Shown piece by piece: positions 61,232 to 64,000 of a DNA stretch of 64,000 nucleotides; the stretch's first letter is position 1; every line of letters begins with the position of its first letter. Source of the stretch: Emiliania huxleyi CCMP1516. Taxonomy: Eukaryota. Under the pieces are notes generated by a model, which saw only the letters and a program-made list of their open reading frames with translations, was not told where the DNA came from and did no database searches. A program made the position numbers and the translations under genes. Location of the stretch: positions 1,411,331-1,475,330 of the forward strand of contig NW_005202428.1 of assembly GCF_000372725.1 (NCBI RefSeq), written 5' to 3'.

Positions 61232-63600
61232 GGGGAGCAAAAGCGGCAGCGAAAAGTGGCAGCGAACGTCGCGGGCGGCTGGTCAAGGGTGCCAGCCAGA
61301 GGCCCGCTAGCTCGTGGTCCGCCGACGACGCCCGGGCGCGCGCCGAGTCAGCAGCGAAGCGGCGCATAGCTGAGACGACGGACGACGAGACGGAGGAGGA
61401 GGAGGAGGAGGAGGCGCCGCCCTCCAAGCGCGGCAGGAAGGAGGCGACGCACGCCTCGCTCCCGCCGCGCAAGCGGCCGCAGGGAGGCGCCTCCTCCGCG
61501 CAGGCGCCGGCTGCCAAGGGCCTGGCCAGAGGCGGCGCGTCGGCTGCTTCAACACAGGTCGGCGATCCGAGAGGCGGCCCCGTGCTCATCCGTAAGCAGC
61601 CGCATTCAGCGGAATGCACTGCACTCGCAGCCCGTTAGATCACGCGATCCGGAGACGCAGCAAGCTTCCTGCTCACGACCTCACTTTTGTGTGTTCCGGG
61701 CGTAGGGCCGCCCCGTAGCCAAGCCTGCAAAGGTGGAGCAAAAGAGGGAGCGGCTGGGGGTGCCGCTCCCCGCCTCTCCCTCGGGGGGGGCGCCGCCGCC
61801 GGCGGCGGGGCTCACCGCTCTCGGCGGCGAGGCCCTAGATGCGGAATACGCATCCCTGTCTTCCGGCTGGCACTCGAGAGGGGGCAGACACGTATTCAGC
61901 TGCGTTCAACTGGAGTCCACGGTGTTGACTTTGGTATTCGCAGCGAGAGTACTCAATATGCACGTCGCGTGATTCTAGTTGGAGTATGCGCTCATCATGC
62001 TGAACACGGGTCCTTGTATCCCAAAGTAGCGCTCGGGTGCTTCACGCCCTCGTCCCTCACACACCGCAAGTCTTTGTGCACACAGACGCCCCTTGCACGC
62101 ACCGAGGGCGACGAAGGAGCGACGAAGAAGACGCCGCCCTAGTCCACTCCTCGACTGCGGTGTGCTCCTGCCGTAGGCAAGGCCCGCGCCGGACCCCTCG
62201 GCAAGGGCCCCGCGGGAGGAGGGCCCGCCGCCGCTGCGGCGGTGTCAGCAGCGACGCTGGCTCGGCGGCAGCGAATGGCGGCGGTCGTAGCGGCGCGCGA
62301 GCCTAGATGCGGGGCGTACGGAGGCTGGCACTCACACGTACGTGCTCCGCTGTGCTCGTACTCCGTGTACTCACGCGATGCTGCAGCGCCGTGACTCCAG
62401 CGCGCACTCTCGGCGCAGGCCAACGAGGCCAACGAGGCGGGCCAGGGCGCTGCCGCCCACGCGCGCAGCCCTGCACAGGGCGGGCGGTTGGGGGGGGGCG
62501 ACAGGGTGGAGGAGAAGGAGGACGACGACGAGGACGAGGAGGAGGAGGAGGAGGACGAGAGCCTCGACGACCGTCCACGAGGCGGAGGCGCTTCTGCAGT
62601 GGGCGCGGCGACGCGGCGCGCTGCCGCGCCCGCCGCCAACGCGTCCGCCGCCGGCGCTCCGGCCAAGCCCGAGCGGCCCGGCGAGGCCAAGCCCGAGCGG
62701 CCCGGCGAGGAAGGGAGCGTGAGTGCAGGAGGGCCGGGAGGCGCGCAAGTACCATCCTACCGCATCCGCAAGAAGGCGCCTCTTCCCGCCCCGCCACTTC
62801 ACCCGCCGCCGCCGCCGCCGCAGCAGCCGCAGCAGCCGCAGCAGCCGCAGCAGCCGGGTCGAGGAGGAGCGCCGCTTCCGCCGCGGCATGCTGACGGGTT
62901 CGACGGGAGGCGCGGCACAACACACGGGCGAACAGATCCGAGATGCGGGAGGACAGATCCCTGTATTCCGACACGCACTCGAGAAGACGCGCACTCTTGA
63001 GGGTGTGGCACTCTGCTACCCTTCCGCCGTGTCCGCTGTGTTCGCAGCCGCGTGCACACGCGCTGCTCCGAGTACAATACACTGCAACACCGCACAATAC
63101 ACTGCACGAGACCGTACTCACGCCCTCAACTCGCCGTGCTCCAACTCTAGGTACGGGACTCGCGTGCCCATGAGCCCGCGGGGCGGCGACTACTACGGCT
63201 GTGGCGGTGGCGAAGGAGGAGGAGGCGGCGGCAGCTTTGCTGGCGGCTATGGCAGCGGCCGTGGCGGCGGCAGCGGCCGTGGCGGCGGCAGCGGCCGCCG
63301 CGGCAGCTGTGGCAACTATTGTGGCGGTGGCGGCGGCGGTGGCAGCTTTGGTGGCGATGGCGGCGGCTATGGCGGCGGCAGCGGCGGCTATGGTGGCGGC
63401 GGCGGCAGCTATGGTGGCGGCGGCGGCAGCTATGGTGGCGGCGGCAGCTATGGTGGCGGCGGTGGTGGTGGTGGCGGTGGAGGAGCGTATGGCGGCCAGT
63501 GCGGCGGTGGAGGTTGCGGCGGCAGCGCCCAGTGGTCCGCAGGGCGACAGCCCCGGGCGCCGCCACCGCCGCCACCGCCGCCGCCGCCGTCGGGCAAAGT
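60919..63600 (+). CDS. Chromodomain protein with long low-complexity tail, spliced; 3' extent uncertain
   Basis: FRVEQV.GRR....IEYLIKWEGY..EENTWEP.ENV chromodomain; downstream acidic, Pro/Gln and Gly-Tyr-rich segments are probably further exons. Confidence 0.75.
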
Positions 63601-63659
63601 GGATCTCGATGCGGCGCGCCACCTCCGTCCCCGCCGCCACCGAGCCCGCCGCCGCCGTC

Positions 63660-63800
63660 ACCGCCTCACCCTCGCCGCCTCCGCCCTCGCCGCTTCCGCC
63701 CTCGCCGCTTCCGCCCTCGCCCCCGCCTCCAAGCCCACCCCCGCCCAGCCCACCACCCTCGCCGCCTCCGCCGCCCCCCTCACCCTCGCCGCCTCCCCGC
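63660..63800 (+). repeat. Second SPPPP-type repeat block
   Basis: SPSPPPPSPLPPSPLPPSPPPPSPPPPS in the 63201 frame. Confidence 0.75.
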
Positions 63801-64000
63801 CAAGTTGCCCGGAGAGAGGACCCGGTGTGGCGGCCCACCCGCCCACCCTGTGTGCGGCTCGTCTCGTGTAGGTGCGCGGCGCTCTGATGAGGGTGGCAAA
63901 GAGCCAGGGCCTGGCGCAGAGCCACGGAGGAGGCGGCGGCGGCGTCCTTGGTGGCGGTGGAGGCTGCGGCGGCGGAGGCGCAGGCTCGCGGCCATACGAG

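Overview
This is GC-rich eukaryotic genomic DNA. It is most likely a haptophyte such as Emiliania/Gephyrocapsa huxleyi, inferred from the high GC, short GC-donor introns filled with ~10-bp repeats, TTAGGG tracts and SPPPP blocks. It holds about 20 protein-coding genes: WDR59-like, SAM methyltransferase, F-box, truncated WDR90, two ankyrin proteins, NYN nuclease, ARM protein, CLC channel, ABC-F, TrmJ-like, F-box/RCC1, MFS, NSMAF/FAN BEACH protein, LTA4H-like M1 peptidase, RAP protein, ZBBX-like, zinc-finger, C2/EF-hand-like and chromodomain proteins. Mobile DNA lies between the genes: two MITEs with TIRs and TSDs, a probable non-autonomous Helitron, a truncated tyrosine-recombinase element, a non-LTR fragment, and a (TTTC)n-tailed retroelement in three clusters. 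The most striking observations are: (i) many introns look newly built by duplicating exon sequence around AG|G and filling the gap with telomeric or simple repeats; (ii) several introns need GA-AG splicing; (iii) a retroelement appears to have inserted serially at one target site, giving a repeat-spacer-like array. All protein calls come from motif recognition by eye, with no database search, and exon boundaries are approximate. I found no CRISPR array, tRNA or rRNA.
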